Source: Nemertoderma westbladi (Eukaryota; Animalia; Xenacoelomorpha). From it: a stretch of DNA of 33,235 nt. Within the stretch, counting starts at the first letter, position 1. Every line of letters starts with the position of its first letter. Shown piece after piece: positions 12,035-24,120 of this stretch. The stretch is from positions 1 to 33,235 of the forward strand of contig JAUCBJ010007458.1 of assembly GCA_032718475.1 (NCBI GenBank). The letters run 5' to 3'. Made by a program: the position numbers and the translations under genes. The notes under the pieces are model-generated. The model had not been told where the DNA came from. It ran no database searches and was given only the letters and a program-made list of their open reading frames with translations.

Positions 12035-15000
12035 AGACCCCTACAGTCGGCAGCAGGGCTGTAGGCTATGGATAGGCGGAAGGTATTCAACCAACAGCTA
12101 GACATGCTGAAAAGGTCGGCGGAAAGTAATCAACCAACGGCGACCTACTGCGAAGACGCTTGTAGGAGTTGCGACCACAAGCGGTTTACTCACGCAACTG
12201 AAAGATATGAGTATGAGAACCCTCCAGGAGAAATACCGGCTCGGTCGTTGCCCGGGTCAACAAGGACCGCGTCCCTCAGTGGTACACCAGGCTGGGGTCG
12301 ATAAATTGGCTACTGGAACAGAAGACCGAGAAGAAAGAAGAACCAACCTGTTGAAATGTAAAAAGACACTAAAGATTGCTACAATGAACGCACGCACGCT
12401 GAAAGCACATACCAAACAGGGTGACATGGTCGCTCTGGCAATGGAATATAACATCGACATCATCTGCATCCAAGAACATCGGATTTGTCATGAAGACACT
12501 GCCATGAAGTACAATGACATTGGAAATGGATGGACGTTAGTAACAAGCTCAGCAGTAAGAAACTCGACCAATGCATCAATTGGTGGAGTAGGAATTCTGC
12601 TTAGCCCATTTGAACTTAAGACCCTTAACAACAGCGAATCTATAAATTCCAGGGTTATGATCGCAACATTTGATGGGAATCCCAAGGCAACAGTTATATG
12701 TTGCTACAGTCCAACCAATGCCTCAGAGCCAGAACAAGCAGTCAAGTTTTATGAAGAACTGACTGGACTTATAAAAGACATTCCGAAACACAATGTTAAA
12801 GTCATTGCTGGTGATCTGAATGCCCAAATTGGCCCAGAAGACATCAAGGGTTACACCTATAACACCAGTTCTAACAGAAATGGGTACTTACTTTTAGACC
12901 TAATGGAAGAATGTGAATTGATACCAACAAACAACACATTCGAAAAGAGTAAGGGGAAGCTATTGACCTTTCAATACCCTAATGGAACCAAAGCACAACT
13001 GGATTACATCCTCATAAACAAAAAGTGGAGAAACAGCATGATCAACTGCGAGGCATACAGCTCGTTCAACCTAATTGGTTCGGACCACATAATTGTGACT
13101 GCAGAGATCAGACTCAGTTTGAGAGCCAGCAAACCCAGGACAAGCAAGCAAATCAAATATGACTGGGAAAAACTCAGAACTGACAATGCTGTAAAGGATG
13201 CTTATACAGTAGAAGTTCAAAACCGCTTTGAAGCACTTCAGTCAATGGATGAAGACCAATCCACCAATTCAATATACCAGAATATAATAACAGCCCACAA
13301 GGAATCAGCTAAGAAGCATATCCCCCAGAAACCCAAACGAAAACAATATATGCCATGGCAAAACTCTGAGGTTACTTGTAGGAGAGAAGATCTTATGATA
13401 GCCTACAAAGTTAAAACCGAACAACCAACAACCGAAAACATTAACAAGGTTGAGAAAGCTAAGGACGATCTTAAATTGGCCTACAACATCAGCCAGGAAA
13501 AGTACATACAGGATAAAACTAAAGCAATTACAACTACTCACATACAGCAACAATCAAGACTTCCTGGCAAACTGTAAATGAGGTATCTGGTCGGAAAAGT
13601 TGTGCAAAGGGGCGCCTCAAAGCCGATAGTCCTGAAGAACGTGTTGGGAAGTGGAAAAATCACTTCAGCAACTTGCTTGGGCAGCCACCAAACATCGAGG
13701 TCAGCCCTACAAGGAAAATATATGACAAGACACTACCTATAGAAACAGGGGACTTCACACCTGCCGAACTCCAAAGAAGCATTAAAAGCATGTCCAATAA
13801 TAAAGCGAGTGGATTAGATGAAATCCCAGCGGAGGTATGGTAAACCGGAGTGCTAAACAGACCATTATTGAATGTTTGCAACCGGATGTTAAAAGGGGAA
13901 TAGCCACCACCAATTTGGACTAAAGGTCAACTAAAGCCTCTCCCCAAGAAAGGAGACCTCGGCATACCAACAAACTATCGTGGGATCTGTCTGCTTGTGG
14001 TAGCTGCCAAAATATACAATAAAATGATTCTATATAGGATTAGGCATCACATAGAGAAACTACTGAGTAAGAGCCAAAACGGATATCGACCAAGTAGATC
14101 AACAATAGCTCAGATACTTGCACTACGGAGACTGATTGAAGGAATTAAGTCAAAGAATCTCCCCGCAGTCATGACTTTTGTGGACTTCAAGAAGGCATTC
14201 GACTCCATCCATAGAGGAAAAATGCTTGAAATCCTAAGAGCTTATGGAATACCAGAGGTAATAATTGTTGCTGGCATTGGATTGTTATATTGTGACACAG
14301 AAGCGCAGGTACTCTCACCAGATGGTGAAACTGAGTTTTTCTCAATCCTGGCTGGTGTACTGCAAGGTGACACATTAGCACCATTACTATTTGTAATTGT
14401 GCTGGATTACGCAATGAGGACAGCCACAAAGGGTGAAGACCTGGGATTCACACTTCAAGAACGCAGAAGTAGTAGATATCCGGCAACTACAGTCACAGAC
14501 ACCGACTTTGCGGATGACATCGCCCTGTTCTTTAATACCCTAGCAGATGCACAGCTTCTACTAAATAAAGTGGAGAGGGCTGCTAAGGAGGTTGGATTGC
14601 ATATAAATGCTGCCAAGACCGAATTTATGACCTTTAATGTTGATGGAAACTTGACAACCATTGACAATAATCAACTAAGGAAGGTTGACGACTTCCAGTA
14701 CCTTGGATCATGGATAGAGAGTAGCAAAAAGGACTTAAAAGTTAGGAAAGAAAAGGCTTGGGTAGCTCTATCAAAAATGGATACCATCTGGAAATCAGAT
14801 CTCTCCAGGCACCTGAAGACTAAGTTCTTTCGAGCCACAGTGGAAAGTGTATTTTTATACGGGGGTGAGACCTGGACACTGACTAAATCACTTGAACAAC
14901 GAATCGATGGTTGCTACACAAGACTACTAAGGGCAGCCCTAAACATCAGCTGGAGACAACACATGACAAACGCCGAGCTTTATGGTACAATACCACCTGT

Positions 15001-15265
15001 ATCAACCACCCTCCGTGAACGCAGATTAAGATTCAGTGGGCACTGCTGGAGAAGTAAAGACGAGGTCATACCAGATCTACTTTTCTGGCAACCAACTCAT
15101 GGAAAGCGTAGTCGTGGACGACCGGCCATAACATATATAGATCAACTTGAAAGGGATACTGAACTTGGGAGAAACGAAATTGCGACAACTATGGAGAATC
15201 GGGAAGCCTGGAAGGATCTCATTTCCACTGTCCGAGTTCGCTCGACCTAGTAGTAGTAGTAGTAG
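12035..15265 (+). mobile_element. Near full-length RTE-clade non-LTR retrotransposon, family 2
   Basis: Short 5' UTR, complete APE domain (ATMNARTL, CIQEHR, CYSPT, AGDLNA, LDYIL, SDH), RT (VDFKKAFDSI, GVLQGDTLAP, DFADD, YLGS, GRP), (TAG)6 tail, and 11-bp TSD taatagctaat at 12024-12034 and 15266-15276. Confidence 0.95.
12207..15250 (+). pseudogene. APE-RT polyprotein of RTE element 2, disrupted
   Basis: ORFs 12207-13577 (APE) and 13997-15250 (RT) are separated by a frameshift near 13560 and in-frame stops near 13841 and 13900; the stop codon is the first TAG of the tail. Confidence 0.9.
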
Positions 15266-15267
15266 TA

Positions 15268-15583
15268 ATAGCTAATGTAAATGAGTTCTAAAGTTTTGAG
15301 TGATAATGTTAACCTTACTCTGTGTAAGTGTTCAAAAGCATTCATCCTAACTAAAAGTTTTGTTAGGGGGTTTTCCTGATCGCTGATTTCATTCCAAATG
15401 CCAGTTTCACTTTTAATGAAAATTATTATGTCTCTATGTCTGTATGACATAGTGTGTCTGTGTGTCTGAGCGTCCGTACGACAATCTGTCTATCATCATA
15501 CCACCTAGCTAAAACGTTTTGTTGTTGTTTTCTTGGTCGCTGCTTTCCTTTCCGAAGTAAGTTTTCATTTTTAGCAAAATTTA
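15268..15583 (+). repeat. Non-microsatellite part of the left arm of a long inverted repeat (partner 27486-27788); carries a motif from a CAGA-microsatellite-associated interspersed repeat
   Basis: Reverse complement of 27486-27788 apart from a few SNPs and 1-, 2- and ~10-bp indels; diverged relatives at 24128-24240 and about 23295-23400. Confidence 0.9.
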
Positions 15584-16627
<1,044 letters not shown>

Positions 16628-16629
16628 AA

Positions 16630-17432
16630 TCATCATCAATAATTATATAATTAATGGGTTCCCAATTTGACACCACTGATTCCATCGGCGCCCTACTCAA
16701 TGCATCTGCATTCCCATGTTCAGTGCCTTTACGATATTCAACCACAAAGTTAAAGGCTGATAACCGAATTGCATATCTATGTAAACGTGCTGAAACCAAT
16801 TCTGGGAATCCCTTCTTAGAACTAAAAATTGCAACTAGAGGTTTGTGGTTTGTTACTAAAATAAAAAGCCTTCCCCATAAATATTATTAGAATTTCCCTA
16901 TTCCAAACATAATGGATAAAGCTTCCCGATCGATATTCGAATAATTTTTCTCTGCTGCTTGAAGAACTCTAGAAGAGGCAAAGGCAACAGGAAACTCCTT
17001 CCCGTCAATTCTATGTGACAACACTGCTCCTAGCCCAACCTGGCTGGCGTCACATGACAACACAAGAGTCTGGATGTCGCGTAACACAAGAGTCTGACTC
17101 GGGTCATAATGTTTTAGTGTGGGAGTGGATAATAGGGCCTTTTTAACATTTTCAAAAGATTATTTTTCTATATTCCCCCATTTCATACCTACATTGTTCT
17201 GAGTAGTTCAAACAAGGGCTGAGCAATCCCAGACAGTTTATCTACAAAACTACTATAGAACCTCAACATTCCCAGAAAGCTTTGTAAGCTTGGAATATCT
17301 AGTGCGTTGGCATCTCAACAATGGCCTTTATTTTAACAGGATCTACAGATCGGCCTTTATCTGAAACTACAAAACCAAGATAAGTTAAACTAGTTCGGGC
17401 AAATAAACATTTATCTCTCCGCAGTTGTAATG
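16630..17432 (-). mobile_element. Ty3/gypsy LTR retrotransposon pol fragment (end of RT, connection, RNase H), degenerate
   Basis: Minus-strand motifs KCLFARTSLTYLGFVVS, SFLGMLRFY, LSCDASQVGLGAVL, EKNYSNIDREALSI, VTNHKPL, NADALSR, with stops and frameshifts; no LTRs seen. Confidence 0.92.
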
Positions 17433-17466
17433 GATGGCGGGGGTGTCTCCGCAATGGATATGCCTC

Positions 17467-17875
17467 GTTGGTCGGTCTTCTGGTCTGGCAGTAGTCAGTC
17501 GGTTGGTTTTCTGGTCTGTCAGTGTATTTATTCAACCGATATTTGTTGGTTGGTCTTCTGGTCTGGCAGTGGTCGGTCAGTTGGTTTTCTGGTCTGTCGG
17601 TGTATTTATTCGGCCCATATTTGTTGGTCGGTCTTCTGGTCTGGCAGTAGTCTGTCGGTTGGTTTTCTGGTCTGTCAGTGTATTTATTCAATTGATATTT
17701 GTTGGTTGGTCTTCTGGTCTGGCTGTGGTCGGTCAGTTGGTTTTCTGGTCTGTCGGTGTATTTATTCGGCCCATATTTGTTGGTCGGTCTTCTGGTCTGG
17801 CAGTTGTCGTTTGGTTGGTTTTGTGGTCTGTCAGTGTATTTATTTGGCCTATATTTTTTTCGGTCTTCTGGTCTC
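17467..17875 (-). repeat. 78-bp minisatellite, ~5.2 copies, alternating A/B variants
   Basis: gtgtatttatt at 17522, 17600, 17678, 17756 and 17834; the minus frame reads NKYTDRPENQ(P/L)TD(Y/H)CQTRRPTNKY(GP/RL). Confidence 0.95.
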
Positions 17876-17908
17876 CCTATCGATCTGTCTTCTAAACCTG
17901 TCTGTGAG

Positions 17909-17946
17909 TCTAATCTAATCTAATCTAATATAATCTAATCTAATCT
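17909..17946 (+). repeat. (TCTAA)n pentanucleotide microsatellite
   Basis: About 7 units, one of them variant. Confidence 0.9.
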
Positions 17947-18089
17947 GTCAGTAATTCATGAGAAATTGAAAAGTTATGACAATTAATTGGGGATCTGCTA
18001 GAGACTCAGAAGTAATCACATACCCAAATTATAAATATTTATGACGAGTAAGGGTCTTGTGCCACGGCTAATATAAAATATTGTTAGTT

Positions 18090-18132
18090 TACCATATAGC
18101 TATTTCACGCTTCCCGCGCGTCTTCAGTGGTA
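18090..18132 (-). ncRNA. Minimal type I hammerhead ribozyme in the PLE 3' terminal region
   Basis: Minus RNA UACCA-CUGAAGA-C-GCGC(GGGAA)GCGU-GAAA-U(AGCU)A-UA-UGGUA: stem I UACCA/UGGUA, intact core, short stem III with a palindromic AGCU loop, AUA cleavage triplet. Confidence 0.85.
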
Positions 18133-18621
18133 TATTATTTTAAACACAATATTAATAAAATTTAACTAAAAAAACCAATTCAAAGCCTAAATATACAAAA
18201 CCGATACCGTTATGGTACTGTACAGTAGTTATTACTATTTTAATAAAGATATTAGCTGTGTAAAGTGGCAGACCGGTAGAAGTTGAGCATGGTTAGAAAT
18301 TATATCGGAAATTCATAATGCACCAAAACTAACTCAAATCAAAATTTAAAATAAAAGTATTAAAATGTTAAAAACGTTTTTTAAAAAAATTTAAAATAAT
18401 AATAGTAACTAAAAACTAAACCAATGGTGTACCCTATCCTGCTATTAAGTAGAATATCTATAAAAAATTATAAATAAAGGCTAATATAATAATAAAACAA
18501 CTGTGATATAGTATATACGAATGACATGTATATAAAAACAGATAAAAAAACATCAGAATTAAAAGCAGGAATAAAATCTTTAAAATTAATGAAATAAAAC
18601 TAACAGAATGATTGAATAATA

Positions 18622-21600
18622 CTAACTACGCCATAGGGTAAATATCCAGAGGGGCCAGCTATTCAAAAAGCAAATAGCAGCTGTATGACTGGAGTTGAAA
18701 GTATCATTAAGGCGGGCATGTGGGGCGAGCCACATAGTTAGCAAAACAATAATCTATAAAATAAAACAAACTGACTAATATAAAATCCTAAGTAGAATAT
18801 ACAAAACAAAGTTCACATGTTTTAGTACAGACCAATACGGGGAACTACAGCTTCAGAATGAATCCTACGCTCGTGGTTAGTAAACCTTTTAGAACATGTA
18901 ATATTGAGCGCACCGATCCCACAAATAGCAAAGTGCTGCAGGAGCAAGACTTCAGGACTCGATAAATCGACTCCTAGTCCCCTGCCAGCTGCGTCATTTA
19001 TGGCACTACGGTGACCTCGGAGGCGCTCATGTAAACGCTATTCTGTCTGGCCGAGATACCACAAGTGTGGATGCAGTTTACATTTAATAAAATAAATCAC
19101 ATTTAAATGATTTGCAGTTAAATCTCCCATGGATGGGGTCACCCCATGGTGTCCGGCGCTGGTCTAGAACGGCCGAGCAGAATTTGCTACGAGGCCCATT
19201 GCAAGAGTGGTTACCAAGAGGCAGTGTTGGCTCGTACTTGGTGATCAACAGTTTACCTAACGATGGGAGGTTACGCGGGACCGTTTGGACACTAATACCT
19301 AGCGAACGCAAGTCAGCATTATATTTTCGGATAACGGGCGCTAGGACAGGCAGGAACTGTGGGGTCGTAGGGAGATATATAGAGGTGTATTAGTATTTTG
19401 GCCCACTCGATGTAGTCTTATTTAAATTTTGGGGTGCTGATGGACCATCCCCCTCCGTTGGTAAAGACGACTGCTGCGTGATCGGCACTGGACCAAGAGC
19501 TGTTGGGTTCGACGCATGGAGGGAGAGGAGGAATCCAGCGGATAGCCTCGGTTCTCACACAACTTGAGGTACTGGTGTTTATAACATGTGAACGAATAGT
19601 TTGAGTCAGTTAAACGGCGAATACGTAAAATTTCAGATTTAACCACTGCCCGTAATGTAGGTTTATGGTGGAAACTAGAGTACATAATAGGTAGTTTATT
19701 AGCCATTGGTTTTCTAAATAAACGAGTTCTAAGGGTGTAGGCATTAGCAGCAATCGTTAGATCTAGGTAGTCGACACTAGCATGGGAGTACTCCATTGTA
19801 AATTGGATGGCATCACTATTATATAAATTGCTGCAAGCTGAATTGAATGCGGTCTTCATGAACTCGAAATGCTCATCAGTTAGTCGCTCATCGTAAATGG
19901 CGAAACTATCATCCACCAGAGTACGAAAGAATGAAGGAGTCCGTAGCGAAATAGTTATCGCCCTCTTGAGTACATTGTACGAACTGATTATAGAATAATC
20001 ACTACCGCTCATAGGTGCAGCTGCGATTTGCAGGTAGTAATAATTCTGGTAAAAGAAAAAGTTGTGGTATAGAAGAAACCGTAAAATTGTTGCGAGTTGA
20101 GTTGGTATAAAAATAGAACGTTCAGATAATGCATGCATGGTAGCCTCAATACCCAATTCATGAGGGATGGCGGTAAACATGTCGATTACATCAATAGTAA
20201 CTAAAGTAAAATGGGAATTATTAGTTGTTGTAGGCATGGTTTGTTTGAGAGCTTTTTATACTATGATCGGCATGCTGCATTGCAGCTGCATTTTTAAGAA
20301 TGCTGTGCCGGAACTTTTTAGATAGTTATCGGCAGTAGTAACTAAAGGGTGCAGGTAGTGGTGCATCATTTTTGGATAAGGGTTTAAAAAATGCGTCCGT
20401 ATTATTAGATATAATAGGTCTACCTTTTGGGATTAGGGCACCATTAGGGAGGGTTACCCACTCGTCACGTTAAGAGTTATAAAGATATGGCCGGTAGTGA
20501 AGGTATTAGGGAAGAGGTGATGGTGAAGCCGTTGGTGCACAATAGCAAGGGAATCTAATAACGATCGGCTTTCAACACGAAATCGTGCAGTAGGGTCTTT
20601 GCGTAGTTTCTCATATTTTTTCTATCACCCAAAATTCGAAGGATCTCATATTCCTAAGCAGATTTATCCAATAAAATAATATTTACCAGTTTTGTCACCT
20701 CTAAGGAATGCTAAATTCTTGTTATTTCGGAGCTGTTTGAGAGCCAAATGCTGTGCTGGGGGTGATATTAGGGCACACAACCTCATTAAGTTTATCTACA
20801 TTGACCCTTCGCACTGCTCTGTGAAAGCCAGAAATATATTCTCAACAGAAACGCAATCTACAGATGACGCTACCCAACGGGGATGTCTAAAGTGAGGGGG
20901 ATCAGGAGGTTTAACAGCTATAGGGGGTGACTGCAGGATGGCGTTAAGTCTAGAATTACTCCTACCTCGCAGATTGTAGTTAACTGAGTCCTGTGCTGTT
21001 CTCGAACGGGTGCGCGAAGAAGGAGTGTGAGGAATGAGAACCCCAGCACGGCGGTCGAGTTGTAAAGGAAAATCTGGGTGCAAATTGCAGTCTACCCGGG
21101 GTCGGGTCTGTGGAGGAGGCTGTGGATCTCTGTTCAGCTCATGTAATACCTCAACAAGTGGTGTTGGTTCATAAACATTTGGTGGTTGAATAGACACTAA
21201 CATTTGTTGGTTGCGAACGAGTATGAGATAGTTGCGTGGCAGTACTAACCTTGGGAGTAGCAGAAGTGTTTGATGCTACAGGGACTTCGGTGACATGATG
21301 CAGTTAGCCAGATGTTTGAGGGGGCGTTGCTGATTGTTCATCCATAGGTGGATTAACCAATTTTCGAAATCTAATTCTAATTTTCGTTGCTGCTGAGGCT
21401 ACGTCAATCTTAGCCTCTAGAACATCAGAGGGCGCTGTACCATGGTATGGAATGAAGGTAAACCCCAATCCAAGCAAGTCTCTTTGGTCCTGGTTGAGGA
21501 GTATTTTAGAAAGGTTATTTACTGGTGCCTGCAGAATGGGAATTGGATTCGTAGATTGAGGGTGGGAGGGGTCCAACCAAATCACGGAATCGTTGGTTGG

Positions 21601-22130
21601 ACGGAACTCGTCCATTTGCTGTATCTAAATAGCGACTTAACTTCCCGTCCCATCTCAAAAGCAAACTTGTAATCCAGACGTTGGCACGCGACCTCCAACT
21701 CACGCCCACCATCCAATCAATGGTAGCCAGGCGTTTAGATACTGCGTAGCGTAGCGATATAGTTGCCGCTGTTGATAGCATCCTGTTCGAGACGGGAAAG
21801 GCATTTGCTAAACGCAACCTTTAATCTTCTGAGCGATTTATACTTTAGGTTGAGCTCTTGCCGAAAGATTTTCGTTAAAAGTCCCTGGCTACAAAGTTGG
21901 ATAAAATTTAATAATTTGTTGCAGTCGTGCTGCCATAAATTGCGGCGGGAAACCAGCCCGGCGGCAATCTTTAAAATAGTCGATTTGTATAACGGTACGG
22001 TTTGTTTGATTTTTAATTTTAAACAATTCCTGACATCAGAAGAAGCTCTTCGGTTAATATCAAGCGAGTTAATGTAATGGAACGATGCCTTTCGTGGCGT
22101 AAGCATACTCAATATCTTCCATTGTTCCAT
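18622..22130 (-). pseudogene. PLE RT/GIY-YIG ORF broken by frameshifts, stops and an RTE micro-insertion
   Basis: Collinear ORF pieces 21735-22187, 21304-21615, 20796-21203, 19422-20237 and 19084-19311, plus hand-translated DKG-type and GIY-YIG segments. Confidence 0.82.
20259..20311 (-). mobile_element. 53-bp 3'-terminal copy of RTE family 1 inserted into the PLE RT
   Basis: 20265-20311 is the exact reverse complement of 3627-3673, followed by one mismatch and a TAGTA tail; flanked by cttttta at 20252-20258 and 20314-20320. Confidence 0.9.
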
Positions 22131-22260
22131 TACATTAACTCGCTTGATAATCACATACCAGTACGTTACTACTACGGTACTGTGCACCAGTAAGTACGAA
22201 ATTGCAGAATAAACATCAGTTCAGCCTCCATAAAATGACAGTATGCACTTTTTACCTCTA

Positions 22261-22307
22261 GCAGTATTGGCAGAGTCGTTTAGTAGGTTCGACTCCTACC
22301 AGCGGCA
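22261..22307 (+). pseudogene. Internally deleted tRNA-like remnant (A box + T arm), or a SINE head
   Basis: tggcagagtcg (A-box-like) joined almost directly to gtagg-ttcgact-cctac (perfect T stem-loop); no anticodon arm. Confidence 0.5.
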
Positions 22308-22922
22308 ATAAATATTTTGCAAGTTTTTTATAATTTAATTCTTGATAACCAAACTTGGTGCGTATGCAGTCCGTCAAAAGTATGGAGAGTGGCTGAAGTT
22401 TGGTCAAAAATGAAATCATCTGTCAGTCAGTACCGGTAGTTTCACACTTGATGAAATTGACAGGTCAACTGCAGTTGAAATTGAACCAAACTTGGTATGT
22501 ATGCGGTGTCGTGCTGCGCGAATGCCCCACGAACATGTTGTATTCTGTAAGACCCCACGAACGTGTTGTATACTGTTTCTGTTCCTATAGGCCTACTGTT
22601 TCACACTGCAACAGCAATGTTTAATGTTTAATATTATGATATAGAAAGCAGAAGCTTATTGTACCTATGTACAGACAGAATTTAAAACGAATAGCGAATA
22701 GCGCAAATATCTGTAACATCATATTATTTAAAAATAATATAACGTAAAATGCAGCTGACGTTCCGATTTATTAATAAACCATTTGAAAGAAAAATAGCAT
22801 TATTTCTAACAACAATTATTATTTAATACAGGTAGCATTGTAAATAATTATTCAATACCGGTAGCATTGTAAATAATTATTCAATCAACGTAATTCGCTA
22901 TATTTCGCTCGTCGATCCTCGA

Positions 22923-22995
22923 GCCTCCATAGCTCAGGGGTTAGAGCACTAGTCTAGTAAACTAGGGGTCGAGAGTTCGATTCTCTCTGGGGGCT
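22923..22995 (+). tRNA. tRNA-Thr, anticodon AGT
   Basis: Complete cloverleaf: acceptor GCCTCCA/TGGGGGC, D stem GCTC/GAGC, anticodon stem CTAGT/ACTAG with loop CTAGTAA (AGT at 22956-22958), T stem GAGAG/CTCTC with TTCGATT; 73 nt. Confidence 0.95.
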
Positions 22996-22998
22996 TCA

Positions 22999-23003
22999 TT
23001 TTT
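22999..23003 (+). terminator. RNA polymerase III T5 terminator
   Basis: TTTTT 3 nt downstream of the tRNA. Confidence 0.8.
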
Positions 23004-24049
23004 GTAATTACGACACAGGCGACGACGGCAAGCTGGTAGGCCTATTTAAGTGAAAATCAACTTAATTTAGCTTTGCTACTTATAGCATACTTATCAACTT
23101 ACTGATCAACGTCTCATTAATAATCTACATGATAAATTAATCATTTGGGTATACGTGTATATTTTTCTCGCGAATTTAATGGTTTATTAAACGAAATTAA
23201 TAATAATTATTTCCTAACTCGAAAATAAATTCAGAAAATCATAAATGGTGATAAAATATAGGGTAAACAATTAAGTAATAGTAAAGATATAAGAAGTCAG
23301 ACCGACAGACAGAAAAACAGACTGGATTCCACCAAACCTCAAAACCGACGTCAGAAATGAAATCAAATCAACGACCACGAGAACCCCCGCATTGACAATT
23401 AATGATCGGTGGTGTGTTTGCCATGGTGGAGCCACTCCGAACCAATTAATTACAGATTTACAGACAGATAGTATTGCGGGAAGGTTTAAACCTTGAAGGA
23501 ATTTATCTCAGAATGTCATTATTCATAATCAAATTAACTCCGCCATTTTCAACTACATTTAGATGATTTGTAGCTAATTTGAAAGGATTTACAAATATAT
23601 TGAAAACATATCGAGTCATTATTTTAAGAAACAGTCTTGTTCAAATATTATTGGTAATTTTAAATAATTACAGTTAATTAAAATTAATAATTTAGTAATT
23701 TAGTTAAATGGGTACCTTCAAAAATATCTTTTTGTAGAGTCGATGGTTCTAAGACCGAAAAAGTTGTTTTCGAAATGTTTGTATACATTATTAAGGAACT
23801 ATAGAAGATTATTGTTTTTATATCAAGTATTTTTGTTTATTATTACTAATTTAGTGAACTATTTAATTCCGCCACTACTCTCCGCTAGAAGGAGACAATA
23901 CATTTTGGGATTTCCATAGGGGGGCGGGCTTCTTGCAATCCCCACGTTGCGTTGGCCGACATAATATAGTGGCATTGAGCTACACACGGCATTAGAGCAG
24001 AGCTGTTTTTAAAACAGCAACTGTGCAGCACAACTGTGTAGATATGTTT

Positions 24050-24120
24050 TACTACTACTACTAGGTCGAGCGAACTCGGGCAATGGTAATGAGATCCTTC
24101 CAGGCTTCCCTATTCTCCAT
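24050..24120 (-). mobile_element. 3' end of RTE family 2 with an intact (TAG)n tail
   Basis: Reverse complement matches about 15191-15261 (atggagaat.gggaagcctgg...cgctcgacctagtagtag) with about 4 mismatches. Confidence 0.92.

Larger units (their letters stand above)
18030..22190 (-). mobile_element. Penelope-like element (RT + C-terminal GIY-YIG; Neptune-like), degenerate; boundaries approximate
   Basis: VNNLSKILL..LLGLGFTFIP N-terminal motif; ALKQL...RGDKTG; PKGRPIISN; TIDVIDMFTAIPH; LVDD; VDYLDLTI; LFRKP; NRGYP; linker CNGPRSKFC...FNCKS then NVIYFIKC...YLGQT...RLRGHR; AT-rich 3' region with a hammerhead. Confidence 0.9.

Noticed and set aside
17467-17875. CRISPR-like array
   Set aside because: Head-to-tail repeats with no unique spacers, no cas genes, eukaryotic context.
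17909-17946. (TTAGA)n as a telomeric repeat capping the PLE
   Set aside because: Not TTAGG or TTAGGG, short and internal, and the PLE is of the endonuclease-bearing type.
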